Assembly: GCA_963719945.1 (NCBI GenBank)
Contig: CAVRDX010000004.1
Span: 96,001-160,000, forward strand
Direction: 5' to 3'
Origin: an uncultured Thermoplasmata archaeon
Lineage (GTDB): Archaea; Thermoplasmatota; Thermoplasmata; UBA10834
DNA length: 64,000 bases
The number at the start of each line of letters is the position of its first letter. Positions within the stretch are counted from its first letter, which is position 1. Below the pieces are notes generated by a model that ran no database searches, was not told the origin of the DNA, and worked only from the letters and a program-made list of their open reading frames with translations. Positions 50,021 through 58,763 of this stretch are shown in pieces. A program made the position numbers and the translations under genes.

Positions 50021-51346
50021 TTATATTTTGTTGATGGTACCCCTCGACATTCGCCGAATTGGCTTGTGAAGATGGCGTCTAGATGATATCGGGGGCTCGT
50101 ACCATCCAACGGTCAACCGTCTCGGTTCCTCGATCTTCGTTGATGATGAGTCTGGCGCGCGTGATCCGCACTTCTTGCACCTGAAGCCCTGGCCACGGCC
50201 AATCGACCCCATTGATTTGCCGCATTTCTCGCAGGCAGGATTTCTCACCTTCTTGATGTCTCTGGATAGGTGAGTGACCTGCAGCTTCTCGATGTTCAAC
50301 GTCCTCGGCGATGACCTGACCGACCCGAAGGCGACCACCTCGTCCCCTGGGATCAGCGATCTGGCAACCTCTCGGAAGCTCTTGGATGGCTCGTAGAACG
50401 CTGCATCGATTTCTGAACTGTCAGAGATCCTGATGACGACATGACCACCAGGGATCGTCACTGGCTTCGTGGTCACGCGGGCCTCGACCTTGACTGAATC
50501 ACCGGGACGAAGCTGACTGATCCTCTTCCTGACGATATGGTCCTCTGTACCCTGATTCGAGAGATACATCAGCCATCGATCGGGCGTCTCGCCTCGAATC
50601 ATATCGCTCGCAAGCAGAAGGTCGCTCTGAGAGTCGCCCCGAATCCCATATAGCACCGGGCAGGGGGACCCTGGGACTATCGCCACATGGCCGTTCTCGG
50701 GATCGTAGTTGTTGAATGTGCTCGCGACGCTCTTATCCATCATTATGACACTGGCATCATCGATCATCCGCTCTTTGCCGAACATGGAGGGATGTCGATA
50801 AGTGATGATTTCCCATGTACGGTCGCGAGGCCTCCAGGCAGCAGCCGCAGCAGCCCCGATCAGTCCTCTTCCACCTTTGTACACCCTCCAATTGGCCCCA
50901 CACCTTCGCAGAATCGTCTCCACGTCCTCCAGCCCGACGATCTCCCTCACGGCTTTCCAATACAACGATGGGGGTGGGCGGGTCAGGGTGCAGAGAATGC
51001 CAGGGTTCGTGCTATGATATTCGAAACGGGCGTTTGATTCCAGCACCTCAGACGCGCGCGCAAGAAGATGTTCTGGATCGACCGGGGTACCGTTCCTGAA
51101 ATACATGATCTTGCGGCCCCCGATATGACCACAAACGGTTCCTCGCCCCATTCCAACCCCGAGCTGGATGCTTACCGCAGCATTGCCCCTCGTCTTCCAA
51201 GGGACGTTCGGGTTCAACCTCACCAACCTGGGCAGACCGATGAGATCAAAATCTCTCAATTCGTCCAGCATCAGGGTCGCGAGGTATGTCGTGCACATAC
51301 CCTCAGGTGAATCCGTATCGTCGAATGCGAGCGTGGTCCCGGGCAC
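50021..51346 (-). CDS. tiaS: tRNA(Ile2) 2-agmatinylcytidine synthetase
   Basis: DDTDS..GMCTTY, LVRLNPNVPWKTRGN, GRGLIGA, PVLYGIRG, NQGTEDH, Zn ribbon, RRHLHKP. Confidence 0.95.
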   Translation of the reverse strand: MPGTTLAFDDTDSPEGMCTTYLATLMLDELRDFDLIGLPRLVRLNPNVPWKTRGNAAVSIQLGVGMGRGTVCGHIGGRKIMYFRNGTPVDPEHLLARASEVLESNARFEYHSTNPGILCTLTRPPPSLYWKAVREIVGLEDVETILRRCGANWRVYKGGRGLIGAAAAAAWRPRDRTWEIITYRHPSMFGKERMIDDASVIMMDKSVASTFNNYDPENGHVAIVPGSPCPVLYGIRGDSQSDLLLASDMIRGETPDRWLMYLSNQGTEDHIVRKRISQLRPGDSVKVEARVTTKPVTIPGGHVVIRISDSSEIDAAFYEPSKSFREVARSLIPGDEVVAFGSVRSSPRTLNIEKLQVTHLSRDIKKVRNPACEKCGKSMGSIGRGQGFRCKKCGSRAPDSSSTKIEEPRRLTVGWYEPPISSRRHLHKPIRRMSRGTINKI

Positions 51347-51384
51347 GGTCCGTCAAACGTCCGCAACCAACAAAAGGGTTGCCA

Positions 51385-52029
51385 TCAGGTCACGGGACGA
51401 ACAGCCCAAACTTGGAGGCCTGTGACGAATACATCACTATCAAAGACCAATGTGCAATCCAATGTCCATTGACCTTCCCACAGAGTCCCAAGAGATTCGC
51501 GGGGCCATAGGACTATACTCGATTCGTGGAGTTCGTCGAACAGGCGATAGGACCCGTCCGAAACCTGTTCGACGAGGCCAGTAAGATTGAACCGATCGTC
51601 TTCGAAGAGCTGCCAGGAGGCGCGGAGTGTGGAGAGCCCAAGTGCGACCTCCGATGAGGAGACCTGTTCGACCTCGTCATAGACCGTGAAAAGAGTTGCC
51701 CCTTCTTCGTCAAATGAGAGTTCGCCTTTTGCTCTGATCTCGCCACCGATAGATACATGGAAGCTGGGAGGAGAGGCTGAGGAGGGGGTGCAAACGACTT
51801 TCAACGAGGATTGCCCGGATTCATCTATCAGCATGAGGATCTCGGTGCCCGATTCGTATCGCTTCAGACTCGTTAGTATGCCGGAGATCATGACGCTGGC
51901 ACCGTCAAGATCGGTAGACAACTCATCGATTGACAGAACGGCATCATCCACCCCGTATGAGAGCAGGAGCACGGAGGATATGACGAGGGCTGCGACCAAG
52001 GCATTGCATCTCGGACCAGGCAGATTCAT
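51385..52029 (-). CDS. Membrane-anchored OB-fold-like protein
   Basis: N-terminal hydrophobic helix; V.ISG.LT..L.LIDESG..IGGEIRAKG, with a second similar unit. Confidence 0.55.
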   Translation of the reverse strand: MNLPGPRCNALVAALVISSVLLLSYGVDDAVLSIDELSTDLDGASVMISGILTSLKRYESGTEILMLIDESGQSSLKVVCTPSSASPPSFHVSIGGEIRAKGELSFDEEGATLFTVYDEVEQVSSSEVALGLSTLRASWQLFEDDRFNLTGLVEQVSDGSYRLFDELHESSIVLWPRESLGTLWEGQWTLDCTLVFDSDVFVTGLQVWAVRPVT

Positions 52030-52134
52030 GAGCTTCCGATATGCAGGAGGGTGTATAGCGAGGGGGATTGCATGTAGTGGTTTTCAAGCAAATCCTTTTA
52101 ACATCACCTAGATTATCATCCCCAAGGTGAGCGA

Positions 52135-52518
52135 GTGGCCAAAGGGATAATGATAGAATATCGATTGGAACTGAGCGTCCTCATTGTGATAGCGTTCACT
52201 TTGGTGACACTTGTCGGCGTCGTCGGCGTATTCTTTGAGGACTCGCTGCCATCATCCATCTCGTTCCTTAGTGATATATCCACACCTTTCGGAGCATGGG
52301 TGTATTGGTTGATCATCGTCGGCCCGATTGGTCTGGTTTCTGGAACATGGTGGCTCTACGATTACTTGAAGAAATCCAGGAAACTTGAAGACTTGATGAA
52401 GACCCCGAGCAAAGCGAAATTCGTGAGGAACATGGATGATATCGAGTATCTCGCATGGTCCCTGCCGCAGCGATTCGAAGATAGTGTATTGGAGCGCAAG
52501 AAGGATTTCGGGCTCTAG
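52135..52518 (+). CDS. Small membrane protein (DUF3198-like)
   Basis: Two TM helices followed by SKAKFVRNMDDIEYLAWSLP. Confidence 0.65.
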   Translation: MAKGIMIEYRLELSVLIVIAFTLVTLVGVVGVFFEDSLPSSISFLSDISTPFGAWVYWLIIVGPIGLVSGTWWLYDYLKKSRKLEDLMKTPSKAKFVRNMDDIEYLAWSLPQRFEDSVLERKKDFGL

Positions 52519-52530
52519 GCATTGAACAGG

Positions 52531-52552
52531 CCCCCCTGCATTTCCACTGGAG
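52531..52552 (-). promoter_or_regulatory. ORB element downstream of hflX
   Basis: Minus strand CTCCAGTGGAAATGCAGGGGGG, matching the archaeal ORB core TCCA-N2-GGAAA plus G-string. Confidence 0.75.
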
Positions 52553-52572
52553 GGTTGCAACCCTACGCGGCC

Positions 52573-53835
52573 TCAGGAAAGGGGAGGGGGCTGAATCGAA
52601 ATCGTCCCATTTGATGCTCTCAACCAACCAATGATCTTCTCGAAATCATCGATATTACATCTCACACTCAATCTAATATGATCGTCTTCGACATCACTGA
52701 TGACGTCAGATAGAAGATGAAGTCTGGAAATCAGACTGTAACTCTCATCTACAATCGGAAGTGATGCTTCGATAAGATGATTCCTTCCCTGCATCTCACG
52801 TATGCGTTCTCTTATGAGATCCAATCCATCTTTGGTGAAAGAAGATACGAATATCAATTGTCTTGATCCTATGATTCCTTGAATTATCTTATGTGATTCT
52901 TCCATCTTCTCTGAAGATATCTTATCTATCTTTGATCCCACCGCAACGATGGGAGTGTCGCCTACTTTTGGAAGAAGTATATCAAAAGCAGTCTTCATCT
53001 TCATCTCAAGAATATCAGAATCATCACTTGAATCGAATACGAACAGAACAAGATCAGAATAGAATATCTCTTCAAGAGTTGAGTTGAAAGCATTGATGAG
53101 GTCAGGTGGGAGATCTCTGATGAATCCGACTGTATCTATCATCAGTGCATGTCCTTTCAACCCAGGGATTCTTCTTGTCGTTGTCGATAGAGATGAGAAT
53201 AGTTCAGAGCTGACTTCGACATCCGAGCTGCACAATGCATTCATCAAAGCGGATTTACCAGCATTTGTATATCCTGCCAATGAAACAAGAAGATAACCTT
53301 GTTCATGACGTCTTGATCTCTTCACTTCTCTACTCTGTGATATATCCATCAATTTCTTCTCTAGACGTTTGATGTGAGTTCTTGCATGTTCATAATACAC
53401 ATCAGTTGCATATGCTCCACCAGATAGGAACCCTGGTCGTTCACCGCTCTTGGCCTTGTGTATCCATTCGCGCAAGAATGGTTGTTCGTATCTCAATCTG
53501 GCCAGTTGCACTTGTGTGATTGCTTCTGGTGTCTGTGCATGTTCTGAGAATATTCTGAGGATCACTCCGACTCGATCAATACACTCTTTCTGGAATTTCA
53601 TCTCAAGAGAGTGATGTTGTGATGGTTTCAGACGATCATTGATAATAATAATATCAGGATCACATTCTTTGATTTCTTCAGCAATCTCATCTATCTTCCC
53701 AGGACCGAAATAGCTCGCACTGTGTGGGATGTCACGTTTCTGAACGAATTCCTTCACGATTTCGTATTTCAGAGTGTGAAGCAGTGAATACAATTCTGAT
53801 AGATCCGTTGTTCTTGATAGTACGACTGCACGCAT
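52573..53835 (-). CDS. hflX: GTPase HflX
   Basis: GPGK, IDR..ILRIF..HA, GYTNAGKS, DTVGFI, F.STLEE, SKID. Start at ATG 53835 after GGAGG. Confidence 0.93.
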   Translation of the reverse strand: MRAVVLSRTTDLSELYSLLHTLKYEIVKEFVQKRDIPHSASYFGPGKIDEIAEEIKECDPDIIIINDRLKPSQHHSLEMKFQKECIDRVGVILRIFSEHAQTPEAITQVQLARLRYEQPFLREWIHKAKSGERPGFLSGGAYATDVYYEHARTHIKRLEKKLMDISQSREVKRSRRHEQGYLLVSLAGYTNAGKSALMNALCSSDVEVSSELFSSLSTTTRRIPGLKGHALMIDTVGFIRDLPPDLINAFNSTLEEIFYSDLVLFVFDSSDDSDILEMKMKTAFDILLPKVGDTPIVAVGSKIDKISSEKMEESHKIIQGIIGSRQLIFVSSFTKDGLDLIRERIREMQGRNHLIEASLPIVDESYSLISRLHLLSDVISDVEDDHIRLSVRCNIDDFEKIIGWLRASNGTISIQPPPLS

Positions 53836-53920
53836 TTGAAGTCCTCCATGTAACATAATCGTGAATCATAATGCATTGTATGTCGGAATTCGACCGGAAA
53901 CCAGGGTACATTGACCATAT

Positions 53921-54214
53921 CTTCCAATGGAATATTTCATACTCCATACGGCGATGTCTCCAAGAAACACTTCCATTAGAAATGAAGGGGGGGCCCTATC
54001 TTGATGTATGTGTGTATGCATCCCTCTGTTATCATTCGAAAGCACATTTCACAAGGTTTGCTGGCTAAATCAAAACATGAAAATTTTGGTCCTGCAGAAA
54101 AAATGAGATTTGTGGATAATATTAACACTTAAGTACGGTGCCCCGTATTCCCCAAATCCCACCGTTTCAAGTGGATTCCGAAAACGGATTCCACAGGAAG
54201 CAGCGGGGGTGGGG
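53921..54214. other. Probable replication origin (oriC): ORBs flanking an AT-rich unwinding element upstream of orc1/cdc6
   Basis: CTTCCAATGGAA (53921), CTTCCATTAGAAATGAAGGGGGGG (+, 53970-93), ATCCACTTGAAACGGTGGGATTTGGGG (-, 54176-50), TTCCACAGGAAGCAGCGGGGG (+, 54189). AT-rich segment at ~54065-54135. Confidence 0.8.
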
Positions 54215-54244
54215 AAAGACCTTTTTGGCTTTCGGGGGCTATCG

Positions 54245-55480
54245 ATGCAGGACACCATATTTCAACAGTACATAAGGTCAAAATCCATATTCAAAGGTGA
54301 CAGAGATGTGTTGCGGCCGTCATACATACCCGACGAACTGCCGCACAGAGAGGAGCAGATAGATCAGCTCGCTTCCATCCTTGTCACAGCACTGGAAGGG
54401 CAGAGGCCCTCGAACGTTCTACTGTTCGGCAAGACGGGAACTGGAAAGACCGCCACCATCAAGTATATCGGAAAGGAGATCGAAAAGGCCAGATCAGACC
54501 TCCGCAATGTGCACTTCCTCTACATGAACTGCGAAGTGGTGGATACGCAATACGGGGTTCTGCAGAACATCGGCAACGAGTTCATCGAGGATTTCGAGCA
54601 GAGAATACCATTCACTGGGTGGAGCACGGAGCGCGTCTATAACATACTGAGGGAGAAGATCGATGAGGAAAGACGAGTCATCGTCATCGCCTTGGATGAA
54701 ATCGACAAGCTCGTCTCGAAGAGCGGAGACGATGTGCTGTACCATCTATGCAGGATCAACGACGACCTTAAGAACGCGAAGGTGAGCGTGATCGGCATAT
54801 CCAATGATCTCAAGTTCACCGAATTCCTGGATCCGAGAGTCAAGAGTTCATTGAGCGAGGAGAAGATGGTCTTCCCTCCGTACAACGCCGAGCAGTTGCG
54901 AGACATACTCGGGCAGAGATCCGCATTGGTATTCGAGGAGAACGCCCTGGAACCATCGGTCATACCTCTCTGCGCCGCGCTGGCCGCGCAGGAGCACGGG
55001 GACGCCAGGCGGGCGCTAGACCTGCTGAGGGTCTCGGCTGAGATCGCCGAGAGGAACCATCTGCCCATCGTGAACGATTCGGATGTGACCAAAGCAAAGA
55101 ACAAGATTGAGCTGGACTGCGTCACCGAAGCCATACGTACGCTCCCCCTGCAATCCAAGATGATATTGATGGGCGTTGTGCTGAGTGGGGAGCGTGGATA
55201 TGGTAAGCTGACCACAGGCGACCTTTATGAGACCTACAAGGAGCTCTCACTGTGCACATCAACTGCAGTATTGACCCAACGAAGGGTCACCGATCTTGTG
55301 TCAGAGCTCGATATGCTCGGGCTCGTGCACGCGCGCGTGAAATCCTTCGGTCGCGGTGGCAGGACGAAGGAGATCGAGCTCAGCGTACCACCGCAAGAGG
55401 CTAAGAAATCTCTAGAAGAGGATGAGATTCTCGGTCAGTTGAAGAATTATAAGCTGAGGTATCAGACGACCCTCATGTAA
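54245..55480 (+). CDS. cdc6: Orc1/Cdc6 replication initiator
   Basis: L.PSYIPDELPHRE, GKTGTGKT, LDEID, LDPRVKSSL, FPPY, GDARRA, winged helix with SFGRGGRT. Start at ATG 54245. Confidence 0.97.
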   Translation: MQDTIFQQYIRSKSIFKGDRDVLRPSYIPDELPHREEQIDQLASILVTALEGQRPSNVLLFGKTGTGKTATIKYIGKEIEKARSDLRNVHFLYMNCEVVDTQYGVLQNIGNEFIEDFEQRIPFTGWSTERVYNILREKIDEERRVIVIALDEIDKLVSKSGDDVLYHLCRINDDLKNAKVSVIGISNDLKFTEFLDPRVKSSLSEEKMVFPPYNAEQLRDILGQRSALVFEENALEPSVIPLCAALAAQEHGDARRALDLLRVSAEIAERNHLPIVNDSDVTKAKNKIELDCVTEAIRTLPLQSKMILMGVVLSGERGYGKLTTGDLYETYKELSLCTSTAVLTQRRVTDLVSELDMLGLVHARVKSFGRGGRTKEIELSVPPQEAKKSLEEDEILGQLKNYKLRYQTTLM

Positions 55481-55489
55481 ACTGAAATC

Positions 55490-56491
55490 TCATACCTTCT
55501 CATCCAGAGGCGGGATCGGCTCCGTCGCAGGTGGTTCAGCAGGTGGAGGGGGCGGCGCTTCCACGACCTTCGCTGCCTCGATCTGTCGCTGCATATCGAA
55601 TTCGTGCTGAGCGGTCTCTCTTCTTCTGGCGATCTTCTTCCTTATTCTGAAAGTGAACACCACATCGACTACGATGGGTGCGGCCACGATGAATGCCATG
55701 CTTATCCAAAGGTTCCTGACGCTGTTCTCCGGGGCAGGGCTGCCGAGCGAGTCCGTAGCCCACAGCTTAAGAAGCCCGAACCAGGGCATCTCTCCTCTCG
55801 CGATGCCGACTACCCAATCAAGCTTGACCGGGCTGTATCTGCTCGCCAGTGATTGATCGACATTGAGGTTGTGATCCCCCTTCGTGATGTACCCACTCGG
55901 AAGCGCCGAGTATTGCCGGAACGCTGTTATGATCCTGCCTATGTCGATCGATGTGGAAGTATCCCTGTATCCAACGTTACGTATTGTGAGTGTGCTTGTC
56001 AGATGGTCCCAGGTGTCCGATGGATTTGAAGTGCTCCACTTGTTGTCCTCCTCGGGTATATCCTTCAGAGAAGGCGCGCTGTAGCTGAATCCATCCGCGT
56101 TTCCTTGGAGGTATATCATCGCCCTGTGGATGATGGGCGTCCCGGTCAACTGACCGTTCACTCTGTAGATCACGACATCTCCATAATCCCCATATGTCGT
56201 ATGCCCGGAGACGTAGCCGTCCATGTAAGTCTGGATATCAGTGACGGAATCGATGTCTTTGACCAGGACCAGGTCCCCTGTATCTATGGCCCCGATGTAG
56301 CTGATGTTATCATCACTGTGCATCATGCTATTCGATTCGACGACCACGAGCGGCGGCCATAGTCCAGTGTATGCATACATGACGACGAGTATGCTCACCA
56401 CAAGTGCCAAAGCTATGCCCGCATCCCTCAAGAATTGGAGCCCAGGGGACAGTTTCTTCTTGCGCTCTGGCCTACTTCCCTCGCTCGCCAC
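55490..56491 (-). CDS. S26 signal peptidase I (Sec11-like)
   Basis: VVVESNSMMH, IDTGDLV, GDVVIY, PIIHRA, YITKGDHN, C-terminal TM helix. Confidence 0.9.
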   Translation of the reverse strand: MASEGSRPERKKKLSPGLQFLRDAGIALALVVSILVVMYAYTGLWPPLVVVESNSMMHSDDNISYIGAIDTGDLVLVKDIDSVTDIQTYMDGYVSGHTTYGDYGDVVIYRVNGQLTGTPIIHRAMIYLQGNADGFSYSAPSLKDIPEEDNKWSTSNPSDTWDHLTSTLTIRNVGYRDTSTSIDIGRIITAFRQYSALPSGYITKGDHNLNVDQSLASRYSPVKLDWVVGIARGEMPWFGLLKLWATDSLGSPAPENSVRNLWISMAFIVAAPIVVDVVFTFRIRKKIARRRETAQHEFDMQRQIEAAKVVEAPPPPPAEPPATEPIPPLDEKV

Positions 56492-56616
56492 AACGCCATG
56501 AGTGAAAGTGAGGTATAAAATGAATATGGTGCGCCCAGAGGTCATCGGCTCATCTCGGTGTAATCAAAAACAATAAAATTGATGTCGAAAAGGGTTTGAT
56601 TGACGACCATGCCCGT

Positions 56617-56898
56617 TCAACTGCATGTGCAGTTGGCGGCAGGGCAGTCTTTCACTACATCGTAATCGTAGCTGTAGTTATAGTCGTAGTTGAACTCATG
56701 AGGGGTCTTCGTCGTGTCTCCGCCGAACGCCCACTGCCACATGTGCTGCCACATGTTCTTGTGGCCGTCGCCGTCGTTGGTGCCCATGCCCTTCGAGTCC
56801 GAGCTCGATGCGGTCAAGGCCCCGCTCGCTGCTGCGATCCCGGCGAACCCGAGAACCGCGACCACTCCGACAATCGCGACTATGATTGTTGCCTTCAT
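56617..56898 (-). CDS. Small secreted protein with aromatic low-complexity repeats
   Basis: Signal peptide MKATIIVAIVGVVAVLGFAGIAAA; MWQHMWQW; NYDYNYSYDYD; C-terminal CPAANCTCS; GAGGTGA RBS. Confidence 0.7.
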   Translation of the reverse strand: MKATIIVAIVGVVAVLGFAGIAAASGALTASSSDSKGMGTNDGDGHKNMWQHMWQWAFGGDTTKTPHEFNYDYNYSYDYDVVKDCPAANCTCS

Positions 56899-56977
56899 CT
56901 CTTATTCACCTCTCTTTTTCGGCGCTCGGGGTCGGGGATGTCCCATTCGCCCTTCGCGCCTCTTGAGTCTATACTTC

Positions 56978-57053
56978 GGTGAAAGGGTATTTGGAACTAT
57001 CCTGAAAAGTGACTCGAACCTTTGCACTGGGGTGAAAAGTGAGGTGAAAAGCG
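56978..57053. repeat. Direct repeats TGAAA(AGTGA) upstream of the small secreted gene; candidate operator
   Basis: GGTGAAAG (56978), TGAAAAGTGA (57003), GGTGAAAAGTGA (57031), GGTGAAAAGC (57043). Confidence 0.55.
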
Positions 57054-57062
57054 TCTCCTGGG

Positions 57063-57668
57063 CTATCTTCTGAGGTTGATTCGGATCTTGTTGGTGGACC
57101 CGTGCCTCTCCTTGGAGACGACCCCCTTCTGCTCGAGCCGCTCGAGGACCCTAGAGACCTTGGCATTGGACATTTTCGTACGTTGCATGAGGTCCTTCTG
57201 CAGTGCCTCTCCTCCCGAATCCATGATCGATTTGAACATGGTCCTCTCATCCCCCGAAAGCAGTCTCAGGGCGAGGTATCTCTCCTCCATTTCCTTGTCC
57301 TCAGAATCGGCTGCCTTTTCGACGACGGGTGATGGGGCCTTCGCCTCCTCGGCCGCAGGTTCCGAAGTCGCCGCCCTATCCTCCTTCGCAGAGGTCTCCC
57401 CGTCCTTGGGTGGCGGTGGCAAGGTCATCGAAGGTGGTAGGGGCACATACTCCTCGCGGAGGAGTATGAACATCACAGCGACAGCGATAATCAGGGAGGC
57501 TATGATGATCAGCGCGAGGTTAGATGTGGAATATGTATGGATATTGTCCCACATGCCCCTCTGATCCTCAGTGGTATCTGCAGGCTCGTTGTTGAGGATG
57601 GCATAGGCTAAGAGCGCTATCGCGATGATCGCGAGGATTGCAGCGATGATCTTGGTCCATTTAGTCAT
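57063..57668 (-). CDS. Membrane-anchored winged-helix transcriptional regulator
   Basis: Two TM helices, a Pro-rich linker, then LSGDER..GGEALQKDL..MSNAKVSRVLERLEQKGVVSKERHGSTNKI. Start at ATG 57668. Confidence 0.85.
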   Translation of the reverse strand: MTKWTKIIAAILAIIAIALLAYAILNNEPADTTEDQRGMWDNIHTYSTSNLALIIIASLIIAVAVMFILLREEYVPLPPSMTLPPPPKDGETSAKEDRAATSEPAAEEAKAPSPVVEKAADSEDKEMEERYLALRLLSGDERTMFKSIMDSGGEALQKDLMQRTKMSNAKVSRVLERLEQKGVVSKERHGSTNKIRINLRR

Positions 57669-57789
57669 CCGGATCACTCTGATGTCTTGGAGAATGTAGA
57701 ACATGATAGAATAAGTAAACGTTGGTCTGTCCTGATTGACGGAAAGATAGAAATCCATTCAGCGTCTTCACACAGCCCGGGCAGAGACC

Positions 57790-58272
57790 GTGTCAGACAA
57801 GAACAACAGGCGCATATCGAAGGACGAGTACTTCATGAACATCGCCATTGAGGTCTCGCGCAGGAGCACATGCACCCGTAGGCAGATAGGCGCCATCATA
57901 GTCAGCCCGCACGGAGAGATCAAGAGCACGGGATACAACGGCAACCCGAGGGGATTGCCTCACTGTGAGGAGATGGGTTGCATCCGGGACAAGCTGAACA
58001 TCCCCTCCGGAACGCGCCTTGAGACATGCACCGCTGTTCATGCCGAACAGAACGCACTGATCCAGGCAGGGACCAATGCTCAAGGCTCCACCATGTATTC
58101 CACAATAGTGCCATGCCCCATATGCGCCAGAATGATACTCAACGCGCAGATTGTGCAAGTGGTTTTCATAGGGGATTATTCGGACCTATCCGGTCTGGAT
58201 CTGCTCAAGCAGGGCGGAATCAAGGTGACTAGATTGGACAGAGCCTCTTTCGAGGGCCGTCTCCCACACTGA
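57790..58272 (+). CDS. dCMP deaminase family protein
   Basis: YFM.IA..RSTC, TGYNG, HAEQNA, PCPICAR. Confidence 0.92.
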   Translation: MSDKNNRRISKDEYFMNIAIEVSRRSTCTRRQIGAIIVSPHGEIKSTGYNGNPRGLPHCEEMGCIRDKLNIPSGTRLETCTAVHAEQNALIQAGTNAQGSTMYSTIVPCPICARMILNAQIVQVVFIGDYSDLSGLDLLKQGGIKVTRLDRASFEGRLPH

Positions 58273-58436
58273 CGGGTCATTCTTCTTTGCCCCTGGACCT
58301 TTCATATATCTGCCTGTCGAATCGTTGAATGTCGAAAACAGTCGCCAGATTGCCGAATCTCAACTATCTAATCATCGATGTACATCGAAACCATTATCCA
58401 TAAAAGACCGTTATCCGCAAAACTGAAGTGGCTTTC

Positions 58437-58763
58437 ATGGGGAAGGCAGAGATCCTCCAGAAGATCAAGGTCGCCGAGGAGCAGGTCCGCGAGATGATCA
58501 AGGAGGCCGAGGAGAAGCGGAAGGCACTGCAGGCCGAGGGAAAGCGGATGACCATAGAGGTGGTTGACGCCGCTGACGCTGAGCTGAGGAAGCAGATCGA
58601 CCGCCGCATCGCTGATGCCAAGAGTGGTATCGATGCGAAGAAGAAGGCGATTCTCGCAGAAGGGGTCAGGAAGGCGGAAGCTCTGGAATCACGCGCTCGT
58701 GCCAACTCGAGCAATGTCCGGGCCTTGGTTCTAACGGAGTTCGAGAGGACCGCAGATGCTTAG
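58437..58763 (+). CDS. A-type ATP synthase subunit H
   Basis: Charged helical protein (EILQKIKVAEE) at the head of the operon, overlapping the subunit I start. Confidence 0.85.
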   Translation: MGKAEILQKIKVAEEQVREMIKEAEEKRKALQAEGKRMTIEVVDAADAELRKQIDRRIADAKSGIDAKKKAILAEGVRKAEALESRARANSSNVRALVLTEFERTADA

